64,000 nt of DNA from the human T2T-CHM13v2.0 reference genome, Homo sapiens, in NCBI RefSeq assembly GCF_009914755.1, contig NC_060934.1. One strand, 5' to 3'. The notes beneath the pieces are model-generated. The model ran no database searches. It had not been told where the DNA came from and was given only the letters and a program-made list of their open reading frames with translations. Position numbers and translations under genes: made by a program. This document shows, in pieces, positions 15,290-29,720 of the stretch (the first letter of the stretch is position 1; the number at the start of each line of letters is the position of its first letter).

Positions 15290-17270
15290 AATGGAGACAC
15301 CTCATAATTATAAAACTATTAAAAATTTATAAAACAACTTATATGAAAATTTATAAAATGCCCCAATCTATTGTCTATGTGTTGTTAAACAAAGACGTAT
15401 TTTTTTAAAGACATTCATAAAAGATGACGATAAGGAACAAAAAATGTAACAGACACATATAAAAACAAGGTGGCAATTTTAATATGGGATAAAACACAAT
15501 TTAAGGTGCATATGACATGGGAAAGATGAATATTATACATACTGAATATTATATATATGAATATTATACATACATAAGTAAAGAAAATATAATGATCAGG
15601 CACATTTAGTCACCTAAAAAGTAATCTCAAACACATAAGGCAATAACTGAAAGAACCACAGGGAGAAATAAACAGGTTTAGCTGGACAATGTCATACATC
15701 TATTTCTGAAACTGAGAGATCAAGCAGACAAAATAAGCAGGAGTTAGACAATTTAAATAACACTATAAATAAAGTCATACTAATGCATTTATACTCAACA
15801 AAGAGAGAATACAAGTTATATGACACATCATTTCCTCTTAAATCTCATTGGCAAGAACTTTGTAATATAACTGTGCCTAACTGCAAAGAAGTTGGGAAAT
15901 GTTATCTTTCACTCACATGTCCTATGTAAAGCTGAGAGATTTATTACTAAGGTTAAAAGAGGAGAAAGGAGACGCACAACAGAAATGATTAACAAAACAC
16001 TGGTTATTTACAAACACTAATACAATGGACATCTAGCAAGACTTACAATGGGGAAAGAAGAAAAAATGTATAAATAAATAAATAAGATACCAAGAATTTA
16101 AAAAATAATTTTATAAAGATTTACAACAATAAAATTAAGAACCTTAAAGAAATGGACAAAAATTGGTAAAAATACAAAATGTCAAAATTAAAATGAGAAA
16201 CAATAGATAATTTAAAGATACAAAAGCCATTAAAAATTGAAAAGGTAATCACTTTCTTCCTTTAAAAAGTCCATGTTTAGATGGGCCTTATAATTAGTCT
16301 CTACCAAATTTTACAGGAACAAATCATTCTTACACAAATTTTTACAGTAAAAAAAGTAAAACCTATTCAACTTATTTTAATAAAAGCTCATATCAGCTGG
16401 GTGTCAAAACCAGATAAGAGAAGAACAAACAAAGATATTCACATATGAACATACACATTTTTATATAAAATATTAACCAATACAATTCTACTGCTTATTT
16501 AAGAAAACTAATAAACTATACCAAAAAAAGGTTTGTTTCAGAAATTCAAGAATGGTTTGAAGTAAGAAAGTCAATCAGTGTAATTCACTATATCTGTAGA
16601 TCAAAGGCAAAAAGTTATATGATTATCTGAACAGATGCAGAAAGTACATTTAATAAAGTTCAAAACCTGTTTATCGTTTTTAAAAACAAAAAGAGTTCTT
16701 GATATTGCAAAAGAAGAAATGAAATTGCTATTACTTCCAGATGAAACAATTATCTGAATAGAAATCTCGACAGCATTAATATACAATTATAAAAACTAAT
16801 AAAGAAGCTAAGCCAGATATTTGAACACAAAGCAACCATATAAAGCAATAGCTTTCTTTTAAGGCATCAAAAATAAATCCAAAAATATTTTCAAATATTA
16901 AGACATCATGCTCAATAATAGCATAAATTTTATACTATCTGGAAATTTAATGAAGAATGCACAAGTCATTTATGGAGACATAAATCTCCAATGAATGACA
17001 TTAAAGAATACTTGAATAAATGAAAAGAACATCACATTTATATTAGGAACAATTTAACATTCTAAAGATGATAGCTGTCTGAAATGCATAGTTTAGATAT
17101 AATGACAATAAGAATTCCAGGTGAATTTTTAGGAGCTTCATATGCTGATTTTAAACCTTATACAGATAAACACAAGTTGAAGAATAGCTAAGAAGTTTTT
17201 TTAAAAAAAGAGACTGAGTGTGAGGTAGGAATGAGGGTTGTTGGTGGAAGGTACCTTGCCCTGCTGGATG
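15290..17270 (+). mobile_element. Ancient L1M ORF2 fragments
   Basis: Decayed EN/RT-region motifs (GTGGCAATTTTAATAT, ACAGATGCAGAAAGTACATTT). Confidence 0.65.
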
Positions 17271-17303
17271 CTAACCCCTACTAGGTGATGATGAGAATAA
17301 TGA

Positions 17304-17345
<42 letters not shown>

Positions 17346-17757
17346 AATGATGATGATGATGATTCTTTTGTATAGTAATGTATTCTTTTCATTGCTCTTC
17401 ATTCCTTCCCACATCTCAAAACTTCCATCTGCGAGCATTTTCCTTCTTCCTGAAGAATACCTTTGTATATTTTCCAATGTGAGTCTGAAGCAGACAAATT
17501 CTGCTTTTTTTCTGAAAAAGCCTTTATCACTTTCATTTGCATGGGATATTTTTTGCTAGATAGCAGCAGAATTAAATAGAGGCAATAATTTTTCTTTATC
17601 ACTTTAAAAATATTGTTTTATTGTCTTTTTTGTTTATGGGGACACCTCATAATTATAAAACTATTAAAAATTTATAAAACAACTTATATGAAAATTTATA
17701 AAATGCCTCAATCTGTTGTCTATGTGTTGTTAAACAAAGACATATTTTTTAAAAACA
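15291..17757 (+). repeat. Dispersed direct duplication A: 15291-15413 and 17636-17757
   Basis: Aligned by eye: 5 substitutions + 1 indel in ~122 bp. Confidence 0.95.
17286..17362. repeat. (GAT)n trinucleotide repeat
   Basis: Read directly. Confidence 0.95.
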
Positions 17758-19850
17758 GCTGTCTGCAGTAGAAGATCCAGGTATTGTGTAGTCTAAAGAT
17801 TACAAAATGTGGGAAAGCTAATCTAAGAAAAAGAACATAAAATTTGGTTCAAAAGTGAATATTTATTTAGAATGAGAGAATAAATCACAAAAAAACACAA
17901 ATTTATAAAAAGCTAAAAATAATACAAATATCAAAAATCTTAAAAAGACAAAATAATATTTTATTAATTAACTGCCTAAAAAGACTAGAATACATTTTCC
18001 TCCATTTTTTTGCTACATATTCTTTTGTGTGTCTTCATATAACCATCTTTTATAAAGAGTAGGAAAGTTCTTCTAACATGATTGGAATTTATTTTTTGTT
18101 ACTGATTGTTTATAGAAGTTTCTTCAGTGCCACTCTTACTGGTAATGTAGAAAAAAAATGTTTATGATCGTTGCCAAAATTGGGGAAACCCTTATCAAGT
18201 TTCTCTCGCATATTAGACATAAGATGTGGAAGAATTTTCCATTGACTAGATTCTGCTCCTGTATGTTCCAAACCTTGTGTTTGCTCATTCCTTTTCTCTA
18301 CTATCCACATTCTTCCACTGCCAACCACCACGAGGCACATGCAGACTTTGATGCAACCTTTGACTTTATATCTCTGTGTGGTACTGAGAACTGTTTCTAA
18401 ACCATAATGATATATGTGAAAGTAACCAAGAACCACACAACTATATCCCATTAAACAAAAACTAAGTAAATCCCCAACTCACCTTCACCTCTGCCTGATT
18501 CCCAAAATTCCTAGAACTTCTCTAACACCAACCATCACAGTGATTAGTACATGCAGGGAACTTGGAATGGAAAAGGAGTGGTCTTAACAGTTAGAGTTAA
18601 AATTTCTTACTAGCAAATTTTATGAGAGCTTTTGACCACGTTAGGAAATGCCCAAGAAGATCCCATGTAAGTGAAGAACACTGAAGTTTAAGCCTCATTA
18701 CTGTCACCAAAATATATCTCTGGCAGCCTATCTTATTTTTGCCCCTTTGTAGATTTTTTTTTTCTTTTTCTGTCTACCTTTAATCTTTTTACTTGTCTTT
18801 CATTTTCACCAATTTTACTCTGATGTGCTCAAGTATAATTTTCTTTTGATTTATCCTGCTTGGAGTTTTCAGGACTTCTTAAACAAGCAACTTGATTTGT
18901 TTTGTTAGTTAAAGAAAATCCTCAGCCATTATCTCTTAAAATATCGTTTCTGTTTAATACTCTCTATCCTCTCCTTCTGGTACTCTACAATTTTCACTTA
19001 ATCGAAATTTATCACAAGAATGATTTTCTTAATTCTTTTTTATACTTTCCAGTTCTCTGCCAATGTTCACAGTTTTATCTTTTATTTCTTTGAGCAAAGT
19101 AAGCATAGTTCTTTGAAAGTATATATTCTGGTTTCTGAATCAACTATGGGTCTGTTTTTATTGCCTGTTGTTCCCTCTTTTTTTTTTTTGCATATGTTTG
19201 TGTGTTTGTGTGTATGTATGTTCTGAAACACACCACAGAAAATTCTGTGTCTTCTCTTATGCCTGGTCATTATTTTTTAATGACTCTGACATTGTAAATG
19301 AAAAATTATCAAATTACTTTAACCTTGGGACAATGTTGTCTTCCTTCAAATGGATTCATGTTGCTTTTGACAGTCTTCTACATTTCCCTAGCAAAACTGC
19401 AACCCCTAAATCCAGTTTCCGAGATGATTATGAATTAAAGCTGGATTTCAGACCATTCAAGGACGAGTTTGTTTCTGGTTGACCATTCTCCTAGGGATTA
19501 GTCCTTCCGCATCCTGACCCAAAGCTGGGAGGGTTACCAGGGTTCCTCTTCCTTGGCGGGTTCTGAGTTCTAGCCCTCAAAGCTGTTTGCAGCTTTACTC
19601 ACTTCTCAGCTTCTCAGTCACCTCTTGTGGAATTGAAAGATGCCTCTAGAAGAAAAACTTTTAAAAGTCCAAGTTCATTTTTCAGTTTTACCTCCTGACC
19701 TTATTCTCATAACTCTTCACTGCCTTGTTATCTCTCTGCTACCTTCAAACAGATGTTTTAAAATATATATTTTATCTATTTTTTCTAGGCATTCCTAATG
19801 GGAATAATTAAGGTCTAAATTATCTTGTCTATATTTTTGGAAGTCCAAGT
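17365..19850 (-). mobile_element. Ancient L1M ORF1/5' region, antisense, interrupted by a 122-bp duplication and a hAT element
   Basis: T-rich; CTTCCATCTG...TTTCCTTCTTCCTGAAGAA, TTTATCCTGCTTGGAG and CTCAGCCATTATCTCTT are typical antisense L1M ORF1 motifs. Confidence 0.6.
17766..18722 (+). mobile_element. hAT-Tip100 DNA transposon (Zaphod/MER115-like)
   Basis: Termini CAGTAGAAGATCCAGG... and ...CTGAAGTTTAAGCCTCATTA...ATCTCTG, with degenerate 8-bp flanks GCTGTCTG / GCAGCCTA. Confidence 0.55.
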
Positions 19851-21872
19851 CCCCCAAAGCCAAACTTGTTTCAGTGTACTATGATATTTGTAACTATGGT
19901 GACACCTTCAAAGCTCTCTATTCAAGGAGATGAAAAACCTCAAACAGATGGATTTCATGGAATTACTAACCAGCTGCTGACTACTCAAAATCTCCTAATT
20001 ATCTATATTAGTGTGGATTGATAAAGTCATTGAACTCTTTCAGTACAGAAATCCAGGCCACGATCCCTAAGCAATCTTCTGTTGGCAAGAACTTCTCTAA
20101 CCCATATTTCTATCTAAGCTAAGATTCTCAAAGCCAAGCAAAGCTTGGGATGCACATCCACACCTAAATTCATCATCCAAGTCTTTGCCCCACTCCCCCC
20201 ATGTGCAATGCTTCTGCTCCCAAGAGATTCCAGACCCTGAGCATCTGCCCAGTGTCAGTCTGTCCCCACACATCCTAGACATGCTTACTTAAGGGGATCT
20301 CAGCCCACATCCTTCCTCCCTCTCCTTGAGCTCCCTCCCCACCTGTTAGTTGCAGCTCAGGATATATACGTTTAATTAATTTGGCTTTACTTCCAACCGG
20401 TAAATAGTGGGAGAAGTGTCAGATTTACATGGTGGATAAATAATGAGGGATTTCCCAAGAGATTCTGTCTTGGTGAAAGAGGGTAACTATAATTTTCAGC
20501 TGTGAGTAATTGTACATAATATAATCCTAAATGATTTTTCTTCTGTAATTTCATTAGAGTTTAGAAATTTAATTAGATTTTGAATCACTCTGAAATAAAG
20601 TAGCAAAACACCGAGAGACTGAGAGCAGTGGTTATTTTGTCCTTTGAGGCCACATTCTTGGTCTCAAATTGGCATGTCTTCATTAGGAGGAAGTTTACAG
20701 AACTTCTTGATATATTATTGTCTTTCAGAATGGACTCTGAATAGGTCTTCGGAGAGCATTAGAAGAGTACACAATTATTATGCACGCTCTTCTTGAGGTT
20801 TAAGATCATCTGCCTTGCATATACTTAATAAAAATATGTCTCTAAAGTTGTTTAAGAAACGGTGGAGATAGGAAAGATGTTCCTTGAATGCCCCAATGCT
20901 GTTCCTGGATTATTAGCAACTACCTGTACATTATGATGCAGTGAGGGGCTGTTTGCTTAACTTTAATGATTATGTAAGGTTTATGGTTATTTTTATTGCT
21001 ACAACATATGAACTGTCATGGTGGCTGTAATTAGAGGCAAGCTAAAATGTTACTGTTACTGTCCTCTGGGAGAAACGACTTCCTTCGTATCAACTTTGCC
21101 TCTGTGCAAAAGTTGGCAAAAAAAAAAAAAAAAAAAAAACTGTATGAACTGTTCTTACCTCAAAACAGGTTATGACAGAGAAAAAAATGAAAATAACATT
21201 AGAACTTCAGACCAACAGCTTGCACCTAACGAAGCTGCAAAAAAAACCAATCTTCTGTTCCCTGAATTGTTTGCATTTATTTAATTCTCTGAAGGGCCAT
21301 TGCCCAGATCTTTTCCCAAAGACCACCCAAGTGGCACAGGGATGGCGGAAATGCTCTATGTCTCCAGCACCATGCTGCTGCCTCTACTTAGGCATCTTCT
21401 CTGCATCCCAGGCAGGAGGCTGAGAAACTCAGGACTGATTGGGATGTATGGAGAAAAGAGCTCAGAGGCTCAGGCAACCTGTACAGGAGATCCTGGGCTA
21501 CAGAGAAAAAAGACAGAAGCAGCAGGAGATGAAATAGGTCAGACAATCTGACTACATGGTCTGTCTGAAGAGGGCTGGCATGGATAGGAAGCTGAAGACA
21601 CAGTTATCAGCTCAGGAGATCTGAGCATCTTGTGGCCTGAATATGAGGATCCGTGCTGGGCAGCGGGCAAGAGGAGAGGGATTCTGGAAAAAGGAGAAGC
21701 GTGGGAGGTGCTCCTGGGAACACTGGAATTAGGGAATGGGATCCTGGCCCCAGGGGGAGCCTAGCCACAGGCGTCTCCACAAGGGCTGTCCAGAAAGACA
21801 CCATACATGGCACACAACTCCCCCCACCCCACACGTCATGTTGTGTTGTCATCCATCTTCTCCTCTGGACCG

Positions 21873-21991
21873 AGAGTTCTCCAAGGAGCAGGGATGTGTC
21901 CGATTCATTTTTGTTTCTGCTGCACACACAGCAGTGCCTGGTATACAGCAGAGACTCAATAACTGTTAAATAAATGAATGAATGAATGAAT
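21873..21991 (+). mobile_element. L2 3' end
   Basis: GAGCAGGGATGTGTC...CAGTGCCTGG...CTCAATAA...(TGAA)n. Confidence 0.8.
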
Positions 21992-22074
21992 CAGAAAATA
22001 GCAGAGAAGCCAAAGCCTACGCTGCAAGGTGGAATCTTAGGGAGGCCCACAGACTGTCACACTGAGAGGGCCAG

Positions 22075-22500
22075 TTGGTAATTTTTAACAAGAGTTTTAA
22101 AAATAACTGTGCTCTTTGATATGTGAACTATATTTCTGTAGGTATTTTATAAAAACGTAACCTCAAATATGGAAAATAACCCTATGTACAAACGTCCTTA
22201 CAATAGTGAAAAGTCAGAAATGACTCAGATGTTCAAAGAGGAGCATTCCAACTCACTTGACAGGATATAGAGCAACTAATAAGGTAATTTTTACAAAGTA
22301 ATAACATGGAGAAGCCCATTTGGGGGGAAGACAGTGTACAAAATTTGTTTACACAGCAAGCTCACAAAAATACATGGCGAAGAAAAAGGCTGCAATGAAA
22401 TATAATAAAATGACAATAATAGCTGTATCTGGGCTGTATGCCTAGGAGAGGATCAATGTCTCCTCCTCTCAATTTTCTGTATTTTTCAAACTTTTATTAA
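22075..22500 (+). mobile_element. L1ME-type 3' fragment
   Basis: Decayed 3'UTR motifs ending TTTTCTGTATTTTTCAAA. Confidence 0.45.
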
Positions 22501-23319
22501 CGTCACAGCAGTGATCCCACTTCTAAAAGAGCCCTCAGCCCTGGTCCAGCTCAGTCACTACTCAATGCCTGCCCCTGGCAGGACGTGCCATCTGACGGGT
22601 CAGATGGCCCCAGGTGGGGCTTTTCCAGGAGAACCATCCCTGCGTTCAGCCCTGCAGTGACTTCTGCCCACGGAAACCTAAATCCAACCTCGGTGGAAAT
22701 GTGCAGCAGCTGTATGTAAGTCATGGAGCTGCACTAAGCTCCGTGTATTTGTCCCTTGCTTTCGAGATTTTATTTCATTTTATTTTATGCAAGCTCCATT
22801 TGTGCCAAACTTCTGCCTTAGGTCCCAATCGGGACAATTATCTTCCACGTATCTACATCCTCTGTCATTTCCACTGGAATTTAGTCCTGTCACATCCTGC
22901 TCTGAGCTTTGCCTGCTTCTGAGCAGTTGGGAAGGGCTTTCTCAAGGGTCAAACATTATCCTCTAGCATGGCCTTTGTGGTACAGGCGTGGCTTTATCCT
23001 TTGCTCTCCCCAGAGATTTGTCTGGCAGATCACCTGTGCTCTAAGCTGTGGGGCCTATTCTCGGTCATCTTCGCTGCAAGAAGCCTAGAGACATGAGCAG
23101 CTCGTGCCGGGGGAGCTGATGCACAGAACGAGCTCTTGAGTGGATCATGAGCTCTAATTAAAGTTGGGGGTGGGAGGGATGCTAAGGGAGGAAGCAGAGC
23201 CCAGGATCAAAAATAGACAGGCAGGAGAGAGCGAGCAGTGTTTGCTTAGTGGAGGAGCAGCTGTGGAAAAAACAGAGGATGCTTAGCTCTGTCCTAAGCT
23301 ACTGGGGCTGAGATTCTAG

Positions 23320-23680
23320 AGGGGTCCTGGGCTTTGGAGCAGAGAATAATGGCTTTGGGTCCTGGCTGTATCCCTTACCAGCTGTGCCTAGGAGCAGGGC
23401 TCGTGGTGGCCTCTTGGTGCATGGTTAGGACTTTAGTAGGGCTCTTAGTGCATGGTTAGGACCTCCACCCAGAAGCCAGCCTGCCTGGGTCCCAGACTCT
23501 GTGTTCCCATTTATACACAGTGTCACCTTGGGCCTGTCACATAACTTCCTTGGGCCTCAGTTTCTTCATCTGTAGGATCAGATTAATGAGAACAGTAAGA
23601 TGTGCCTGGCACTGAATGAGCGGGCACCTGCAAGGTGGCACGGCCCATGTGTGCCACAGGCGGAGTGTTTGCTATTGGAT
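23320..23680 (+). mobile_element. MIR fragments
   Basis: GTCACCTTGGGC...GGGCCTCAGTTTCTTCATCTGTA. Confidence 0.7.
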
Positions 23681-23984
23681 CTAGTACAGTGTTTGGCACA
23701 CACAGGAACACCTCACCCTAACTCTCCCAGCCTCAGTCCTCCCTGACTTCCTGGGTGCATCGGAAGCAGACCTCATCTGTAGTTCCGTCCTTCTGAGTCC
23801 TCCTGGCCCCAAATCCAGCTGTCCCTGCTCTCGGCTTCTCAAGTGGAGTGGTTCTAGATCTGTGGTGGCCTTCTTGGAGCTGTCCGGCCTAGCTCTCATC
23901 TCCTATACCCCTACACCCCTCATCAAGTGAAAAAGGGGTTTCATGGACCCCCTGCACCAGGGTTGGCTACAGCCTGGGCACTAA

Positions 23985-24887
<903 letters not shown>

Positions 24888-26017
24888 TAAGCAGATGTTG
24901 GGAACAACCTGATTCACCTTTTCTGAAAATCTATTTTCCCATTAGGAAGAAAATTGATAACAGTTCCAAGATGGACTTAATAGAAGCCACTGCATTGAAT
25001 AATTTTATCTGATCATTTTTTTTCAGCATATACAAAATTACACAAAAGAAAAAAGAAATCTATTATATAGCTCCGTGTACAAAGGGCTTGCAGCTAGGGT
25101 CAGATCTTATTGCTTTTGGCCAAAAGCCCATGATAGAATTTAGACTAAAGAGTGTATAAGCTGTGTTCCTCAGAGTGGTTCAGGGTTACTTGGGACCCCA
25201 CTAGAAAGATCTTTAGCATTTCAAAGCCTGTTCATAAAAGGAGTCATCATAGTACCCACCATATTGATTTATCCGGGCTGTCTAAAAATCCCTTTAGCTC
25301 TGATGTTTTGAAGAACCACTGCATACAAAGAGTGGATCCAAAAGTGAAGAGTCTGTCTGTATCAGCAGTTAGGAACCAGCCTTCTGTGGGATTGATTTCC
25401 CTGAGTGCTACTCAGAGTAACAAGGGATTCTGGGTGTGGATCTAGGACAAGAGACAATATGGGAATTCCACTGCTTTCAGGATGGAGGTGACATCTATCC
25501 TGGCCTCTAACGTTGAGTTGGGTTGGGGAAAAATCTTTTGATAGTTCAAACATGTTCCATCCTTCACCTTCAAAAGCATTTCCCCTTGCAACTGGTTTCT
25601 GTGGTGTCTCAAAACCATGAGTGCCTTCTCTGTGTTCCATCGCCCATGGGCCTGCTGACTCCCCAAGAAAATGATTTTCATGAAAACCCCTCAAGGGAGG
25701 ATGCACATGCTAGTAGGTCAGGGAAGAACTAGAGTGTGACCAGGTCCACTGGCCTGGAGCAGGTGAGGCCTGGGGTTAGGAAAGGACCTGCCCGTATCAC
25801 ACCATCAATGGCGGCCTGGCTCTGGTTGCTCTTCTCTTAGCCCCATGCCTTGTCAGCCCCATGTCAGGGTGACTTCTGCTTCTCTTCCGAGGAGGCCAAT
25901 TTTTTCCTTTCAAAAGTGAATTTGATTTGAGAAAAGAGTAAAAGTTCACTTAGAGCCAAGTCTAGAAAAGTAGGTGAGCAGTCATGGGTGAAAGCCAATG
26001 AGGTTAAAGGAGTATCA

Positions 26018-26253
26018 GACCAGGCATGGTGGCTCACACCTATAACCCCAGCGCTATGGGAGACCAAGGTGGGAGTACTGCTTGAGACCAGGAGTTTGGA
26101 ACCAGCCTAGGCAACATAAAGAGACCCTGTCTCTAAAAAATCTTAATAATTGGCTGGGCATGGTGGCACAGACCTGTAAACCCAGATACTCCAGAGGTTG
26201 AGGTGGGAGGATCATTCAAGCTCAGGAGTTTAAAGTTACAGTGATCCTATGAT
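26018..26253 (+). mobile_element. AluJ, 3'-truncated
   Basis: Diverged Alu with a J-type right arm (GGGAGGATCA...GCTCAGGAGTTT...TTACAGTGA) and no tail. Confidence 0.85.
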
Positions 26254-27384
26254 TTCCTTATGACCAGCTTATTCCCCTGAATTTCATTTCTGTAGAGGCC
26301 ACGCTTGAAAACTAGTCTGTGATGTATCTGAAAGAACCAATGTGAAATAGTTCTCAGGTTTGTCACCCGCCCATCCTGTCTGTCTCTCAGGATGTGCCGT
26401 GTGGCAAGGTACTGCTCTCTCATCCTTCTCTCCTTCCCATGCATGGTTCTCACCCCACCTCTGTTCATTTTCTCTCTTGAAACAGTACACACTTAAAGAA
26501 AAACACAAGTTCAATTTGATATGCTGTTACAGACAGAGACTCGCTTACCAGATCTTTGCTCTCTAGTCTCTTTTCACCAGAGTTAGCAAATATCTAATTC
26601 CCAGAGACGCAAACCAACAATTTGAGAACGGAAACCAATCTTTGTTTCACCTCTTCAATTGATCAAATACTTGCCGAGGTCATGGAAAGAAGGCACTGAA
26701 ATTAAATCAAACAGCCCCAGCTGGAATCCTGGCCTTGTCAACATCTCATGGAGAGCCAGACAGAAGGAAGGGTCCCAGGATGGAATGGAGGGAGTGGAGG
26801 AAAGGAGGGAGTGGAGGAAAGGATGTTGACTTTCCACTGAGTGACAGGCACTGAGCTGGGCACCTTCACATGCTCTGCTGCGTGGTACCTGCTGTAAGTG
26901 TCTCACTCCAGATCAGCATGGCACCTCCAGTTTGAGCCACAGCAAGTGGACAGTTTCTAGCACACATGCTAACATATCCCAAGGTACAAGCCTTCGGTCT
27001 CTTTGCTTCTCTGCTTCTGAGCTTTCTCTGAAAGCACAGCATCTCACTCAGCTCATGTGCTGCCTGGAAATATGGGAAGCTGTGGCTTCCTAGAGCCAGT
27101 AGACACACACTCCAAACTTGTGGGTTTTAAACAGACAATTCTGGGTGACTCTTCTCAGAGGTTCCTGCAGAGCTGAGTCTCTACCATCTACAGAAGCTGT
27201 CTTGCTAATACATATCTCACAGGCTTTTTCCTGCCTCCCTCTCCCTACTCCCTCACTCCTGCCTCCTGGCATCATCTCCAAGGCTCTGCTTGGGGGGGAA
27301 GCGCAAATAAAAGCAACTCCAACAAAAACAGGAAGAACTCTGCAATCTATATTCTTAGCGGTCTTCTCAGAAAGGTGAATGCTC

Positions 27385-27514
27385 GAGAATCGCTTGAACC
27401 CAGGAGGTGGAGGTTGCAGTGAGCCGAGATCATGCCACTGCACTCCAGCCTGGGTGACAGAGTGAGACTCCATTGAAAGAAAGGGAGGGAGGGAGGGAGG
27501 GAGGGAGGAAGGAA

Positions 27515-27580
<66 letters not shown>

Positions 27581-27664
27581 GAAAGAAAGAAAAAAGGAGG
27601 GAGAGAGGGAGGGAAGAAGGAAGGAAGGAAGGAAGAAAGAAAGAAAGAAAGAAAGAAAGGAGAA
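27385..27664 (+). mobile_element. 5'-truncated Alu (27385-27474) with 190-bp (GGGA/GGAA/GAAA)n purine tail (27475-27664)
   Basis: 15-bp TSD AGAAAGGTGAATGCT (27369-27383) / AGAAAGGAGAATGCT (27654-27668). Confidence 0.92.
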
Positions 27665-28974
27665 TGCTGTCTAATAAAAGCCCATTTTGTCTGCTGAGCC
27701 CCCAAATGATTTGGATGTGAATTCTGGGGAGAAAAATTTGAAGTCCCTGTGTTATCTGGTGCAGATGGGAGGAGGGAGGAGAAGAAACGGAGAAGTGATA
27801 AGACAATGGGGACATCAGTGGAGACAGGCCAACAATAAGCTTTGTGGAAGGCACACGGAGGGAACTTTTGAAAAAGAGGAATCAAATAAGCAATTTAAGT
27901 TCTTTACACTGTGGTGTTCTATCTAATCTCCCTAACCCCTCTCAACCACATTTGCATGTGTTTTGTGGCTTCAGAGCAGGGATTAAGTTTCACACCTGCA
28001 TCAGTGCAATGCACAGAGACCCCCCCACACCCCTCACCCTGTCAAAAGAATTTAAGACCTCAAGGCAGAAGTGGTCAAGAAAATGCAAGTTCCTGGGAAA
28101 TCGGAATCTGGAATCATGCAAGGTTTTCATGGCAGGGGGATGGGGTGAGCCATCTGCCCAAAGTTGGTGGGGCAATGAGCTCCTCTTCCCCACACGGCCC
28201 AGCTGAAGTCCTTCTAGTAGTGCCAGGAGGCACCAGCTGAAGATATGAGGGATGGGGTTGGGAGGGCTGCAGAATTGGTCCAGGTTAACACAGCAGGAAC
28301 TAGAATCCAAATCTGGGCCCGTCTGCCTCCAAAATCTGAGCTTTTCACAATGCCATGATGCTCCAAAGTAAAAACATAATTTAAAAAGTCAGTGAAGGGA
28401 TTAACCTATCAATAACATCTGTCTCCTGGGTGTTTCAAGAAGGGCAGTTGCCCTGGAATGGAGCATTATTTCCATGTTGTATTTCCAAGCATACTGGTAA
28501 CAATTTGGCCACTTGGAGTGGCTCTTCGTGTTCCCTGAAATAGCTCTGGATGTCTCCTCTATTAATTGCTAGAGGGGAGAATGAGAGTTGTAGTGTCTGG
28601 TGAATGTGGAAATGAAGCCAAATGGCTGCTAAGACTATTAGTGCTGAGACAGTGAGGAGCACACACCTCTGCTCCCATGATCTTGTTTGGACTAAACAGA
28701 ATCCTCTTTCTTTTGAAGTGTTTCACCAACCTGCCTGAAAAGCTGGCTCAGTGGCTGGGCCTCTCCTTGTGTGCTGCACACAGCAGCCAGAGCTGGGGGT
28801 CACTCTGCTGGCACCCAGACCCACAGAGACCCTGGCTGCTCCAGTTGGAACCATTTTCCCTTTAGGCCCCCTGCACGCTACATGATCTGTCATTATCCAC
28901 GTTCACCAGCCCCACTCACAGCATGTGCTCTGAAGGCAGGGACAAGTCTCCTCACTTAGTCAACACAACAGATA

Positions 28975-29240
28975 ACAGGTATAGAGAGCTTCTATTCCAG
29001 ACACTGTTCTAATGACTTAAATATTAACTCATTTGCTCCTCAAAGGAAAAAAAGAAAAAACTCACTTAGGAAGTAGTGCTAACCACAAGCTGGCACTGTT
29101 ATTACTACCCATTTTCCAGATGAGAAATTGAGGGATTGCTGCATGACCCTCCTTAGGTAACACAACTGGTAGGGGAGAGGACAGCAGAGCTGGGATGCAA
29201 ACCCAGGTGATCTGATTTGGTAGCTGGATCTTAGCCACTC
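28975..29240 (-). mobile_element. MIR
   Basis: CCCATTTTCCAGATGAGAAATTGAGG...GAGCTGGGATGCAAACCCAGG. Confidence 0.7.
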
Positions 29241-29354
29241 TTCTAGAATATCTCTAACAAGGGAGAATCAATAGTGGTGGGTAGCGCTGAGTCTGATACC
29301 TTCCCCACCAGTCTGAGCATGGTGATGATCTGGAGAAACTTTTCTTAACCCCAG

Positions 29355-29720
29355 TGACCTAGTCCATTCAGGTTACTGTGACACCGCACCATAGGCTGGG
29401 TGGCTTACAAGCAGACATTGATTCCTCACAGTTCTGGAGGATGGAAGTCCCAGATCAAGGCACCAGCAGGTTCAGTGTGTGATGAGGTTTCACTCTCTGA
29501 TTCATATATGGCGACTTCTAGCTGTGTCCTCACATCGTATTAATAAAAGGGGGAAGAGGGCCCCCTGAGGCTTCTTCTATAAGGGCACTAATCTCATTCA
29601 TGAGGCTCCACCTTCATGACCTAGTCACTTTCCAAAGGTCCCACCTCCCAATACCATTACCTTGGGGGTTAAGATTTCAACATATGCATCTTGGGGGAGA
29701 CACACATTCAGATCATAGCG
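29355..29720 (-). mobile_element. MLT1A-type MaLR solo LTR
   Basis: CTGGGTGGCTTA...CTCACAGTTCTGGAGG...GGCACTAATCTCATTCATGAGG...ACATTCAGATCATAGC. Confidence 0.8.

Noticed and set aside
17201-17559. Poly-Met/Ser/Ile ORFs
   Set aside because: Artefacts of the (GAT)n microsatellite.
27090-27885. 254-aa and 151-aa minus-strand ORFs
   Set aside because: Kept open by the stop-free pyrimidine microsatellite and Alu.
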